A DNA stretch of 54,466 nt, from the NCBI GenBank assembly GCA_041497895.1, contig JBGQHJ010000014.1, positions 1 through 54,466 of the forward strand. The letters run 5' to 3'. The translations under genes and the position numbers were made by a program. The notes below the pieces were generated by a model. It did not search any database and had not been told where the DNA came from. It saw nothing but the letters and a program-made list of their open reading frames with translations. Within the stretch, counting starts at the first letter, position 1, and every line of letters starts with the position of its first letter. Source of the stretch: Candidatus Methylomirabilia bacterium (GTDB taxonomy: Bacteria; Methylomirabilota; Methylomirabilia; Rokubacteriales; CSP1-6). Shown here one piece after another: positions 26,247 to 35,856 of this stretch.

Positions 26247-26777
26247 ATGGCCGATAGAGCAGGCGCCGTGATGTTCAAAGGCAATCCGATCGCGCTCGGT
26301 GGTCCCGAGATCAAGGCCGGCAGCGACGCCCCCGATTTCACCGCGCTCGACAATGGGCTCCAGCCGGTCAAGCTGAGCCAGGCCCGCGGCAAGGTCATCG
26401 TGCTCAGCGCGGTGCCGTCGCTCGACACCCCGGTGTGCGACACCGAGACCCGCAAGTTCAACCAGGAGGCGGGCAAGCTCGGCGCCAACGTCGAGGTGTG
26501 GACGGTGAGCATGGACCTGCCGTTCGCCCAGAAGCGCTGGTGCGGCGCGGCCGGCGTCACCGCGGTGAAGACGCTGTCCGACTTCCGCGAGCGCTCCTTC
26601 GCCCAGAACTACGGGGTGCTCGTGAAGGAGGGCCCGCTCGCCGGGCTCACCGCACGCGCGGTCTTCGTGGTGGGCAAGGACGGCAAGGTCAAGCACGCCG
26701 AATACGTCAAGGAGATCACCACCGAGCCCAACTACGACGCCGCGCTCGCGGCGGCCAAGCAGGCGGCCGGCGGCTAG
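26247..26777 (+). CDS. tpx: thiol peroxidase Tpx
   Basis: VPSLDTPVC..ETRKFN, SMDLPFAQKRWC, EITTEPNYD. Confidence 0.96.
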   Translation: MADRAGAVMFKGNPIALGGPEIKAGSDAPDFTALDNGLQPVKLSQARGKVIVLSAVPSLDTPVCDTETRKFNQEAGKLGANVEVWTVSMDLPFAQKRWCGAAGVTAVKTLSDFRERSFAQNYGVLVKEGPLAGLTARAVFVVGKDGKVKHAEYVKEITTEPNYDAALAAAKQAAGG

Positions 26778-26810
26778 GCCGGGCAAGATCGTCGCAACTA
26801 TCGGTCAACC

Positions 26811-26840
26811 TTGACAAAAGAAAGCCGTCCACGTTACGCT
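26811..26840 (+). promoter_or_regulatory. sigma70 promoter of tRNA-Ala
   Basis: TTGACA-N18-TACGCT, 12 nt before the tRNA. Confidence 0.65.
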
Positions 26841-26852
26841 GGGCGGTGCGGT

Positions 26853-26928
26853 GGGGCTGTAGCTCAGTTGGGAGAGCACAAGGCTGGCAGTCTTGGGGTC
26901 AGGGGTTCGAGCCCCCTCAGCTCCACCA
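26853..26928 (+). tRNA. tRNA-Ala (GGC)
   Basis: GGGGCTG acceptor with G3:U70, anticodon loop CT-GGC-AG, GGTTCGAGCCC, encoded CCA. Confidence 0.97.
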
Positions 26929-26938
26929 TTAATTCATC

Positions 26939-26967
26939 GGGGGTTACGGTCTAGGCCGTAGCCCCCG
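26939..26967 (+). terminator. stem-loop after tRNA-Ala
   Basis: GGGGGTTACGG-TCTAGG-CCGTAGCCCCC followed by GTTT. Confidence 0.55.
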
Positions 26968-27152
26968 TTTCCATTTCGGTTGCGCGGGGGCTGCGTCCGA
27001 TTCCGTCAAGCCGGTCTACCGCCGCCTTGTTCGCCCCGGGAATCAAGTGCAGTCCGACGGGGCCATGACGGCGGGCCGCCGCGGAGGACGTTCATGGTGA
27101 CCAATCTGGTCGACGACGAGATCAAGGCCGGAAAGCGTGCGTCATCCCCATC

Positions 27153-28691
27153 GTGAGCGACGACGGGGGAGCCGGTACCAACGCGCTGAACGTCACGGGC
27201 TCGAGGCCCTGTCCCCGCGACATCACCGTCGCCGTCGTTCTGGCCGGAATCTGTCTCCTCGCGCTCATGCTCAACCTTGGACAGCCCCTGGTCCGGAACA
27301 GCTTGGTGTACGCGCGGGTCGCCGAGCACATCATCGCGCACCACTACAACCCGCGGTGGGTGGTCGCCGATTCGCGGCTGTCGTACGACAAGCCCATCCT
27401 CTTCGCCTGGCTGTCGGCGCCGCTGGTGGCGCTCCTCGGCAGCCATCTCGGGCTGATGCTGGCCTCATCGCTGGGCACCCTGGCCATGATCGCCGCCACG
27501 CTCCAGCTCCTGCGGGCGATCCTGCCCTCGCGCGCCCACGATGGGCTCCGCGCCCGCGCACTGCTGTTCGGTATGCTGTCGCCGCTCCAGGTCTACCAGG
27601 CGTGGTCCGCGCACCCGGACTCGCTCGAGACGGCGCTCGTGCTGTCGGCGCTGGCCCAGGTCGTCCGCATGGTGGGAGAGCCGATGGTCGCGCCGGGTCG
27701 TCGAAGTCTCCTACTGTTCGCGACGATCGAGGCCAGCGTGCTCCTCAAGAACTACGGACTCATCCTCCTCTTCGCGCTGCCGGCCGCGTTCGTGCCGCAA
27801 CTCCTCGGCTGCTGGCGCAACCGTCACCGAGCGATGCTCCTCTGGAGCATGCTCGCGTGGCTCGCGGTCGCCGTGCTCGCGGGGCTTGCGTTCGAGGGGT
27901 TGAACCCGCTGGACCGTCTGGCGGGCGAAGGCGGCGGCGTCGGCCAGTATGGCCGGGCCAACTACCTTCAGACGAGCATCGGCGCCCTGATCGCGCTGGG
28001 CCTGACGTTCACCCTCGGCTTGCACGTGGCGCTCCCCGCCGCGCTGGCTGGCCGATCGCGGCCGTACGGGGTGCGGCCACTGTTCGTGTTTCTCGGCGTC
28101 TACGTCGCCGGACTCCTGCCCTTCCCGAATTCGTACTACAACATGCGCTACTTCCTGCCTGCCCTGACGGTCGTCGGCCTCCGCGCGGCCATCGGCCTCG
28201 AGGGGCTCGCGCCTAGGCTGGCCCGTTCCGTCACCACCGCCTTCTTGCTCGTGGCCCTGTTCCTCGTCACGCTCTTCAACTGGGACCCGCTCAACGCACG
28301 CGCGGCCCCGTTCCTTCCGGAATGGCAACCACGGGCCGACCTGCCGGGCCTGCTCGACAATCTGCGGATCGGCCTACACCGGGAGCAACGCGAGTGGCTC
28401 CAAGGACTCAATGCCGCGCTGCCCCCGGGGGCAATCGTCTACATGGTCGACTTCTCCTACTACCGTGACGCGCAGCACGGGGTCTTCGAGCGCGGCGGCC
28501 AGATCCGGCCTGATGTGATCACGCGCTACGTGACACAGCAGGAACTGGCCCCCACCGAACATGAATTCTTCGTCTGCTTCTGGGAAGGCCTCGCCCCCGG
28601 CGCGGCGCCACCCGTGGATCGCGGTCTCCTCGCTCGGCTGGGCCATGTCGACGAGATCCGGCCCCGTCTCTTCCACATCCGTAGGGGCTAG
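27153..28691 (+). CDS. polytopic membrane protein, GT-C (ArnT/PMT-like) glycosyltransferase candidate
   Basis: Y..VA.HI...YDKPILFAWL.A resembles the ArnT eKPPL.yW motif; about 10 hydrophobic segments; MRYFLPAL. Start uncertain. Confidence 0.6.
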   Translation: MSDDGGAGTNALNVTGSRPCPRDITVAVVLAGICLLALMLNLGQPLVRNSLVYARVAEHIIAHHYNPRWVVADSRLSYDKPILFAWLSAPLVALLGSHLGLMLASSLGTLAMIAATLQLLRAILPSRAHDGLRARALLFGMLSPLQVYQAWSAHPDSLETALVLSALAQVVRMVGEPMVAPGRRSLLLFATIEASVLLKNYGLILLFALPAAFVPQLLGCWRNRHRAMLLWSMLAWLAVAVLAGLAFEGLNPLDRLAGEGGGVGQYGRANYLQTSIGALIALGLTFTLGLHVALPAALAGRSRPYGVRPLFVFLGVYVAGLLPFPNSYYNMRYFLPALTVVGLRAAIGLEGLAPRLARSVTTAFLLVALFLVTLFNWDPLNARAAPFLPEWQPRADLPGLLDNLRIGLHREQREWLQGLNAALPPGAIVYMVDFSYYRDAQHGVFERGGQIRPDVITRYVTQQELAPTEHEFFVCFWEGLAPGAAPPVDRGLLARLGHVDEIRPRLFHIRRG

Positions 28692-29908
28692 CCGCTGCCG
28701 AGGGGCCGGTCGGCGATCGGGGTGCCCAGTAGCTCCTCACAGTGCAGGTCCGCACACGTCTGCAGGATCCGGTTCATGCTGGGCCACCAGATGTGCGCCG
28801 GCATGCCGACCGCCCACTGCCAGACCGGAACCGCCAGAAAACGAATGGCCGACTCCCGATAGTCATCCCAGCAGTCCCCCCAGCCGTAGCGCTCGACACC
28901 CTCTTCCACCAGCTTGCCGTGGTAGCGCTTCAAGAGATCTGTCTCGAGGGCGTGCCGTCGTTCCGGATCGAGATGAAGGCCGATCAGGTCGACCATGTCG
29001 TCCGTTCCTATCCCGATGTGCCAGGCCTGCCAATCGATCACGTAGACCCGCCCCCCCGCCGGGTCGCGCGGATAGAGGAAGTTCCACCAATTCCCGTCTC
29101 CGTGGACGAGGGTGATTGCGCGTCGCTCCGATACTCGTCCCAGGCCTTTCGGACCGAACGACCTCGGCAAAATCGAGGAGAAGAACCGCTCGTACAACCT
29201 CCGCTTCTCGCCGGGGAGCCGGTCACCCAGAAAGTCCACGAGCCCGGAGAATTTCTCCTCGAGCTCTCGCACAAACGCGGACATGTCCTCTTGGCGGGGG
29301 ATCTCTCCGACTCCATCTCCGAGCAGAGGATCCTCCCACCAGAACGCGTGACACCGTGCCAGCACATCGACCGCTTGCTCGCACTGCTCTTTCAGCGGCG
29401 GCAGCGGCCATGGCGGCACGGAGTGGGTCTCCGACATGTCCTCGAGTAGCACGTGACCGCGGCTCCGCTCCGGCAAATAGCGCGCGTCGATGCACCGAAC
29501 CACCGGCGCCGGGCCCATCGCCGTCATGTGTTCGGCCACCGCAGTGTAGAACTCCACTTCCCGTCTTCCCGCCTCGATGAGGCGCCTCTCCACGAGACCG
29601 GTCGCGCTGTCGTCCGGAACGAAGCATTTCAAGAGCAGGCGCCGCGGGGCGTCTTCCCGCACGTCGTCGGAGTAGCGTATTTCCAGCCGGGAGATCGACG
29701 AGGTCACCGAGGAGAATGATTCCCGGCGGATCCGCGCGACCCTCCCCCCCGAGAGGATGTTTTTCCCCTTGAGGACCCGCGTGAGCCAAGCTGGAGTTAC
29801 CTGTTTCGCATCGGTGATCACGTCCGTCGGGCCTATGGCCCGGGCCCGATCCCGCCGCAGTGCTCGGCGAAGCACTGATCGGATCCAGGGGACGCTCAAC
29901 CGAGCCAT
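28688..29908 (-). CDS. APH/choline-kinase-like phosphotransferase
   Basis: TPAWLT..L, LLLK, REVEFY, LLEDM, TLVHGDGNWWN, VIDWQ; GGAGAGG SD before ATG 29908. Confidence 0.88.
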   Translation of the reverse strand: MARLSVPWIRSVLRRALRRDRARAIGPTDVITDAKQVTPAWLTRVLKGKNILSGGRVARIRRESFSSVTSSISRLEIRYSDDVREDAPRRLLLKCFVPDDSATGLVERRLIEAGRREVEFYTAVAEHMTAMGPAPVVRCIDARYLPERSRGHVLLEDMSETHSVPPWPLPPLKEQCEQAVDVLARCHAFWWEDPLLGDGVGEIPRQEDMSAFVRELEEKFSGLVDFLGDRLPGEKRRLYERFFSSILPRSFGPKGLGRVSERRAITLVHGDGNWWNFLYPRDPAGGRVYVIDWQAWHIGIGTDDMVDLIGLHLDPERRHALETDLLKRYHGKLVEEGVERYGWGDCWDDYRESAIRFLAVPVWQWAVGMPAHIWWPSMNRILQTCADLHCEELLGTPIADRPLGSG

Positions 29909-30340
29909 TGCCTCTCCGGTGACCGCGATTCGGGTTAGGTCTCGATCCGTGCGGACGGCGCGGAGCCGCGCGCCGGCACCGAGAATAGCAGGAGGATGCC
30001 CGCCACGCATGGGCCAGAGCGAGCTCCGGCGCCGCCGCCGATCTCCGGTCCCGCCCGCATAGTCGGCTCGCGCAGCGGGCGCCGGCCAGCTTGCGAGCTC
30101 CCGGCTCGTGGCCCACCCCAACCTCTGGCTTGCGCCGACTGTCCCACCCTGGGCGCCCACTCTGCCTGCCGGCGAAGCGGGCTGGCGCTACCTCAGCCGC
30201 CTCTGGCCTCCCCTCCTCGACGCGGGGCTACGGAGCGATCCGTGGCCCCGCGCGTGCGTTCCGCGCCGGCTCGCCGCGCGCGATGTCGCCGACGAGTCCC
30301 AGCCGGACCCGTAGCGAGTTGCCCGGGAGGTACACGAGCG

Positions 30341-31108
30341 TCACTCCGCGGGGATGCCCAGTCGGGGAAAGCGCGGGATCGTGCGCCCGCCGTCCATCAC
30401 GATGGCCTGCCCGGTGACGAAGTCGAACTCCGGCGAGCACAGGCGGACCACCATCCGACCGATCTCCGCCTGAGTCACGAGGCGGCCGAGCGGCGTGCCG
30501 GCGATCGCGGCCGCCTTGTAGGCCGCCATGCGGTCGGTCCGGGCGCTGGCGATCTGGCTCGGCACCACCGCGTTGGCGGTGATCACCGGCGCCAGCTCCA
30601 GCGCGAGCGCCTCGGTCAGCGCCAGCAGCGCGGCCTTGGCGAGGCCGTAGACGCCGTGGGAGCGCACCAGGCCGGACGTGGCTCCGATGCTGACGATGCG
30701 CCCCCACCCCGCCCGCCGCATCCCGGCAGCGGTGAGCTGGGCCGTGAGGTAGACCGCCTTCAGGTTCGCGTTCATCACGTGGTCCCAATCCGCCTCGGCG
30801 AGCTCGCAGAACGCGGCGCCGTTGAACGGCCCCGCGTTGTTCACCACGATGCCCGGGTCCCCGAGGCGCGCCTGCACCTCGGCCACCAGCCGCCGCACGT
30901 CGTCGGCCCGGGCGACGTCCGCCGCGAAGGCCTCGGCCGCGCCCCCCGCGTCGCGGATCGCCGCGGCGAGCGCCTCGGCGGCGGCGCGATCGGCGCGGTA
31001 GTGCACCGCCACCCGCGCCCCCGCGGCGGCGAGGGCGCGCGCGATGTCCACCCCGGTTCCGTTCGAGGCGCCGGTGACGAGGGCGACGCGCCCGCCCAGC
31101 GCGGTCAC
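30341..31108 (-). CDS. SDR family oxidoreductase
   Basis: TGASNGTG, VNNAG, YGLAK, VMDGG; GTGA overlap with the upstream gene. Confidence 0.9.
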   Translation of the reverse strand: MTALGGRVALVTGASNGTGVDIARALAAAGARVAVHYRADRAAAEALAAAIRDAGGAAEAFAADVARADDVRRLVAEVQARLGDPGIVVNNAGPFNGAAFCELAEADWDHVMNANLKAVYLTAQLTAAGMRRAGWGRIVSIGATSGLVRSHGVYGLAKAALLALTEALALELAPVITANAVVPSQIASARTDRMAAYKAAAIAGTPLGRLVTQAEIGRMVVRLCSPEFDFVTGQAIVMDGGRTIPRFPRLGIPAE

Positions 31109-31428
31109 GGCTCCACGAGCTCCGACCAGATCGAGGTGGTGTAGCTCCGGTCGAGGTACTTCGCGTAGAGCTCGTCGATCAGCTCCTTGCCCGACGCGGC
31201 GAGCTCCCGCTCGTAGGCGGCCCGGTCGGTGATCTCGATCCGCTCGATGTAGTCCCACGGGCCTCCCGCGAGGCGGGCGTCGGCCGCGGTGATCCGGTGC
31301 GTGCGGTAGCTCACGATGGTCTTGAGCCGTCCCGCCACCACGTAGTCCACCTCGCGCTCGAACCGCTCGTACTCCGCCGCGCTGACACCGGGCTTCAACT
31401 TCGCGAGCACGTACCGCACGATCGCCAT
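31105..31428 (-). CDS. HapK/RedY-like (EthD-type alpha+beta barrel) small protein, copy 2
   Basis: LKPGV...YE.F.RE.DY.....L..I.SY.THR....W.YIE.IEI.D pattern; paralog of 37484-37807. Confidence 0.7.
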   Translation of the reverse strand: MAIVRYVLAKLKPGVSAAEYERFEREVDYVVAGRLKTIVSYRTHRITAADARLAGGPWDYIERIEITDRAAYERELAASGKELIDELYAKYLDRSYTTSIWSELVEP

Positions 31429-31471
31429 CGGGGCCTCCCTGGGTTGGGATGGGTGAACGGCGCGCCGGGCC

Positions 31472-32430
<959 letters not shown>

Positions 32431-32431
<1 letters not shown>

Positions 32432-33393
32432 TAGACGTCCTCCACCGCGACGCAGGCCACCGCGTGCTCGTCCCCGACCGTCCGCACCGGGACCGCGACC
32501 GCGCACTCCGCCCGCACGAGCGCGCAGCGCGGGGCGAACCGGCATCCCCGCGGCGGCGCCAGGAGCGACGGCACCCAGCCGGGAATCGGCTCCATCACCC
32601 CCGCCCCGTCCACCCGGGGGATGGAGCGCAGCAGAGCCCGGGTGTACGGATGGGCGGGTGCGTGAAAGAGCCCGCGCACCGGGGCCCACTCGACGGTCTG
32701 CCCGGCGTGCATCACCACCACGCGGTCGCAGAGCCGCGCGACGACCCCCAGGTCGTGGGTGATCAGCAGGATCGCCGCGCCGGTCCGCCGACCGAGATCC
32801 CGCAGCAGCTCCAGGATCTGGGCCGCGATCGACACGTCGAGCCCGGTGGTGGGCTCGTCCGCGATGAGGAGCCGCGGATTCGTGGCCACCGCCATCGCGA
32901 TCATCACCCGCTGGCACATGCCGCCCGAGAGCTGGTGGGCGTACTGCCCCGCCCGCCGCTCGGGCTCGGCGATGCCGACCTCGCGAAGCATGGCCACCGC
33001 CCGCTCGCGGGCCGTCCCGGGGGCGGCGGCCCCGTGCCGCGCGAGCAGGCGCTCGATCTGTCGACCGACCGGCAGCACCGGGTTGAGCGAGGTCCGCGGG
33101 CTCTGGAAGACCATCGAGATCTGGGAGCCCCGGACCGAGCGCATCTCCTCCTCGGACAGCTCGAAGAGGTCGCGCCCGTCGAACTCGACCCGGCCGCTCA
33201 CCACGCGCGCGGGTGGGCGCAGGAGCCGCAGGATGGCCTGCGCGGTCACCGACTTGCCCGAGCCGGACTCGCCCACCAGCCCGACCACCTCGCCCGACCC
33301 GACGCGGAGGGCGGCGCCGTCGACCGCCTGCACCACGCCCTCGTCGGTGTCGAAGTGGACCGTGAGGTCCCGGAGGGTGAGCAGGTCCGTCAC
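32431..33393 (-). CDS. peptide/nickel ABC transporter ATP-binding protein (OppD/DppD-like)
   Basis: [33 protein letters not shown] start at 33393. Confidence 0.95.
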
Positions 33394-34280
33394 ACGCCCT
33401 TCATCCGCGGATCGAGCACGTCCCGCAGGGCGTCGCCGACCAGGTTGAACGAGAGCACGGTGGCCATGATCGCCACCCCGGGAAAGAGGAAGATCCACCA
33501 CTCGCCCGAGACGACGTACCCGGCCCCCTCCGCGGTCATCGCTCCCCATTCGCTCGTCGGCGGCCGGATCCCGAGGCCGATGTACGACAGTGCCGCCACC
33601 GTGAGGATGGCGAAGCCCATGGCCAGCGTGGCCTGCACGATCACCGGCGGGAAGCAGTTGGGCAAGAGGTGATGGAAGATGATCCGCCGCTCGCGGTTGC
33701 CGACGGTGCGCGCGGCCTCCGCGTACTCCATCTCCCGGGCGCGGAGCATCTCCCCGCGGATGAGCCGACCGTAGATGGGCACGTGGGTGATCGCGATGGC
33801 GATCACGATGTTCGTCACGCTGTTGCCGAGCGCGGCCGCGACGCCCATGGCGAGGATGAACGAGGGAAAGGCCTGGATGGTGTCGACGACCCGCATCAGG
33901 ATCTGGTCGATCCATCCGCCGCGATAGCCGGTCACCGCGCCGAGCACCGTCCCCACCGAGAGCGCGATGGCGGTCGCCGCGAGCGCCACCAGCAGATCGA
34001 CCCGCCCCGCGTAGACGATGCGCGTGAGCTGGTCGCGGCCGTAGAGGTCGGTCCCCAGCCAGTGCCGTCGCCCCGGCGCCTCCAGGGCGTGGTCGGCGTC
34101 GGGCTCGTCCGGGTCGTAGGGCAGGACCACCGGCGCGGCGACCGCCGCGAGCGCGATCACCCCGATGATCGCGAGGGCCGCCAGCGACAGCACGTTGCGG
34201 GACAGCCGCCGCCACAGCCGCGACGCCGCCGAGCGGCGGGCCGGGGCCTCGTCAGTGGAGGCGTATGCGAGGGTCGACAA
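33390..34280 (-). CDS. peptide/nickel ABC transporter permease (OppC/DppC-like)
   Basis: HWLGTDLYGRD, EYAEAARTVG, HLLPN, SEWG, GDALRD.LDPR. Confidence 0.95.
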   Translation of the reverse strand: MSTLAYASTDEAPARRSAASRLWRRLSRNVLSLAALAIIGVIALAAVAAPVVLPYDPDEPDADHALEAPGRRHWLGTDLYGRDQLTRIVYAGRVDLLVALAATAIALSVGTVLGAVTGYRGGWIDQILMRVVDTIQAFPSFILAMGVAAALGNSVTNIVIAIAITHVPIYGRLIRGEMLRAREMEYAEAARTVGNRERRIIFHHLLPNCFPPVIVQATLAMGFAILTVAALSYIGLGIRPPTSEWGAMTAEGAGYVVSGEWWIFLFPGVAIMATVLSFNLVGDALRDVLDPRMKGV

Positions 34281-35262
34281 GACCGTACACGAGATCGACG
34301 GCGAGGTTCACGAACACGTACACCACGCCCACGAAGAGCACGAAGCTCTGGATGGGGCCCGAGTCCTTCGACATCATGGCCGCTACGGCATAGTTGCCGA
34401 TGCCCGGCCACGAGAAGACCGATTCGACCACCACGTTACCGCCCATGAGGAAGCCGAAGACGACGCCGGTCAGGGTCAGCACCGGGATCATGCAGTTCCG
34501 GAGCGCGTCGCCGTAGATGACCGTCCTCCGGGACAGCCCGGCGGCCCACGCCGCCTTGATGTAGTCGGACTCCAGCACCTCGAGCATCGTGGCCCGCACC
34601 ATCCGGGTGAGCGGGGCCATGACCGAGAAGCCCAGCACCAGCGCGGGCAGCACGAGCTGGTGGAGGGCGGAGCCGAGCGCCCGCCAGTGCATCGCGACCA
34701 GGGCGTCCACGGTCAAGAGCCCGGTGACCCGGGGCGGCGGGGTGATGCCGGTGGCGAGACGGCCGAGCGGCGGCGGCGCGATCCCGAGCGCGTAGAAGAA
34801 CACGTACAGCGCGAGCAGTCCGGTCCAGAAGGTGGGCATGGCCACCCCCCCGACACCGAGCAGCCGGCTCACGTGGTCGAGCCAGCCGTCCCGGCGCACC
34901 GCCGCGACCACGCCGAGCGGGATGCCCACCGCCAGAGCCACCGCGAGCGCGGCGAGGGTGAGCTCGAGGGTGGCGGGCACGCGCTGCACGAGGTCCTCGA
35001 GGACGGGCCGGCCGGTGGTGTGGCTCTCGCCGAGCTCGCCGTGCAGGAGGCCGCGCAGGTAGCGCCAGTACTGCACCGTCATCGGCTGGTCCAGGCCCAT
35101 GCGATGCTCCATCTCCGCGATATGCTGCGGCGTGGCGAGCGGCCCCGCCTTCACGAGGGCCGGGTTGCCGGGCAGGACGTAGGTCAGCACGAAGGTGACG
35201 ACGGTCACCCCGAACAGGGTCGGGATGACGAGCAGCAGCCGCCGGCCGACGTAAACGAGCAC
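34252..35262 (-). CDS. peptide/nickel ABC transporter permease (OppB/DppB-like)
   Basis: LPGNPA, GLDQP...QY, PATLEL, DYIKAA.A.GL, VESVFSWPGIG, DPRIR. Confidence 0.95.
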   Translation of the reverse strand: MLVYVGRRLLLVIPTLFGVTVVTFVLTYVLPGNPALVKAGPLATPQHIAEMEHRMGLDQPMTVQYWRYLRGLLHGELGESHTTGRPVLEDLVQRVPATLELTLAALAVALAVGIPLGVVAAVRRDGWLDHVSRLLGVGGVAMPTFWTGLLALYVFFYALGIAPPPLGRLATGITPPPRVTGLLTVDALVAMHWRALGSALHQLVLPALVLGFSVMAPLTRMVRATMLEVLESDYIKAAWAAGLSRRTVIYGDALRNCMIPVLTLTGVVFGFLMGGNVVVESVFSWPGIGNYAVAAMMSKDSGPIQSFVLFVGVVYVFVNLAVDLVYGLVDPRIRLH

Positions 35263-35270
35263 GCTCGGTC

Positions 35271-35774
35271 CTACTCCGGCCCGCCCTGGTCCGGCCGCTT
35301 CCCGGTCCGCCCGGACGAGAAGTGCGCGTGCATCATCTTCCAGCCGCCGGGGCCGCGCAGGCAGCCCAGGGTCGCCCGGATGTAGGGCTTCTCGGTGAGA
35401 AAGCTCGGCTCCTCCCGCTGGCCGATCCACTTCCAGTAGCGGCCGACCCGGTCGTCGGTGATCAGGGCCATGTCCCCGCGCACCGTGATCCGGATGGTCC
35501 CCGATCCGCCCGGCTTCACGAGCTGCAGGCGCGTGCGGTAGTGGTCCCAGATGTGCAGCCAGTCCTCGAGCCCGCGGTAGGCGTGGCCGTTGGTGTTGAA
35601 GTAGATGTGGCCGGGGTCGGGCTCCCAGATCTTGCGGAGCGCGTCGTTGTCGAGCCCGTCGTTGGCCAGGCGGAGGTCGAAGTACAGCCGCAGCAGGTCG
35701 TCGTGATCCTTCGGCGTGCCGCCGTCGAAGACGGGCGGGTGGTCGGGCTCGTATCCCTTGGGGGCTTCGATCAT
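35271..35774 (-). CDS. SnoaL/NTF2-like protein
   Basis: Small alpha+beta protein ending RAT......GGWKMMHAHFS, typical of SnoaL_3/DUF4440; GAGGAG SD. Confidence 0.75.
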   Translation of the reverse strand: MIEAPKGYEPDHPPVFDGGTPKDHDDLLRLYFDLRLANDGLDNDALRKIWEPDPGHIYFNTNGHAYRGLEDWLHIWDHYRTRLQLVKPGGSGTIRITVRGDMALITDDRVGRYWKWIGQREEPSFLTEKPYIRATLGCLRGPGGWKMMHAHFSSGRTGKRPDQGGPE

Positions 35775-35804
35775 GGGTCTCTCTCCTCGATGCGGATACG
35801 CCCA

Positions 35805-35847
35805 CGCCCGGCCCCGGGGGGGGCCGGGCCGGGCGAAGGGCCGGGCG
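35805..35847. other. GC-rich intercistronic stem-loop after the SBP gene
   Basis: CGCCCGGCCC (35805-35814) can pair with GGGCCGGGCG at 35826-35835 or at 35838-35847. Confidence 0.55.
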
Positions 35848-35856
35848 GAGGTCGAT

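Noticed and set aside
29934..29944. 11-bp match (CGAGACCTAAC, minus strand) to the IS481 right end
   Set aside because: It lacks the terminal CA and the TCAAGATTGACC core, so it is compatible with chance.
30108..30314. 68-aa ORF in the islet's right flank
   Set aside because: No SD, no recognisable motif and atypical codons; at most a degraded remnant.
26853..30340. Intact integrative element or prophage at tRNA-Ala
   Set aside because: No integrase, phage genes or attR copy found in the window; kept only as an eroded islet.
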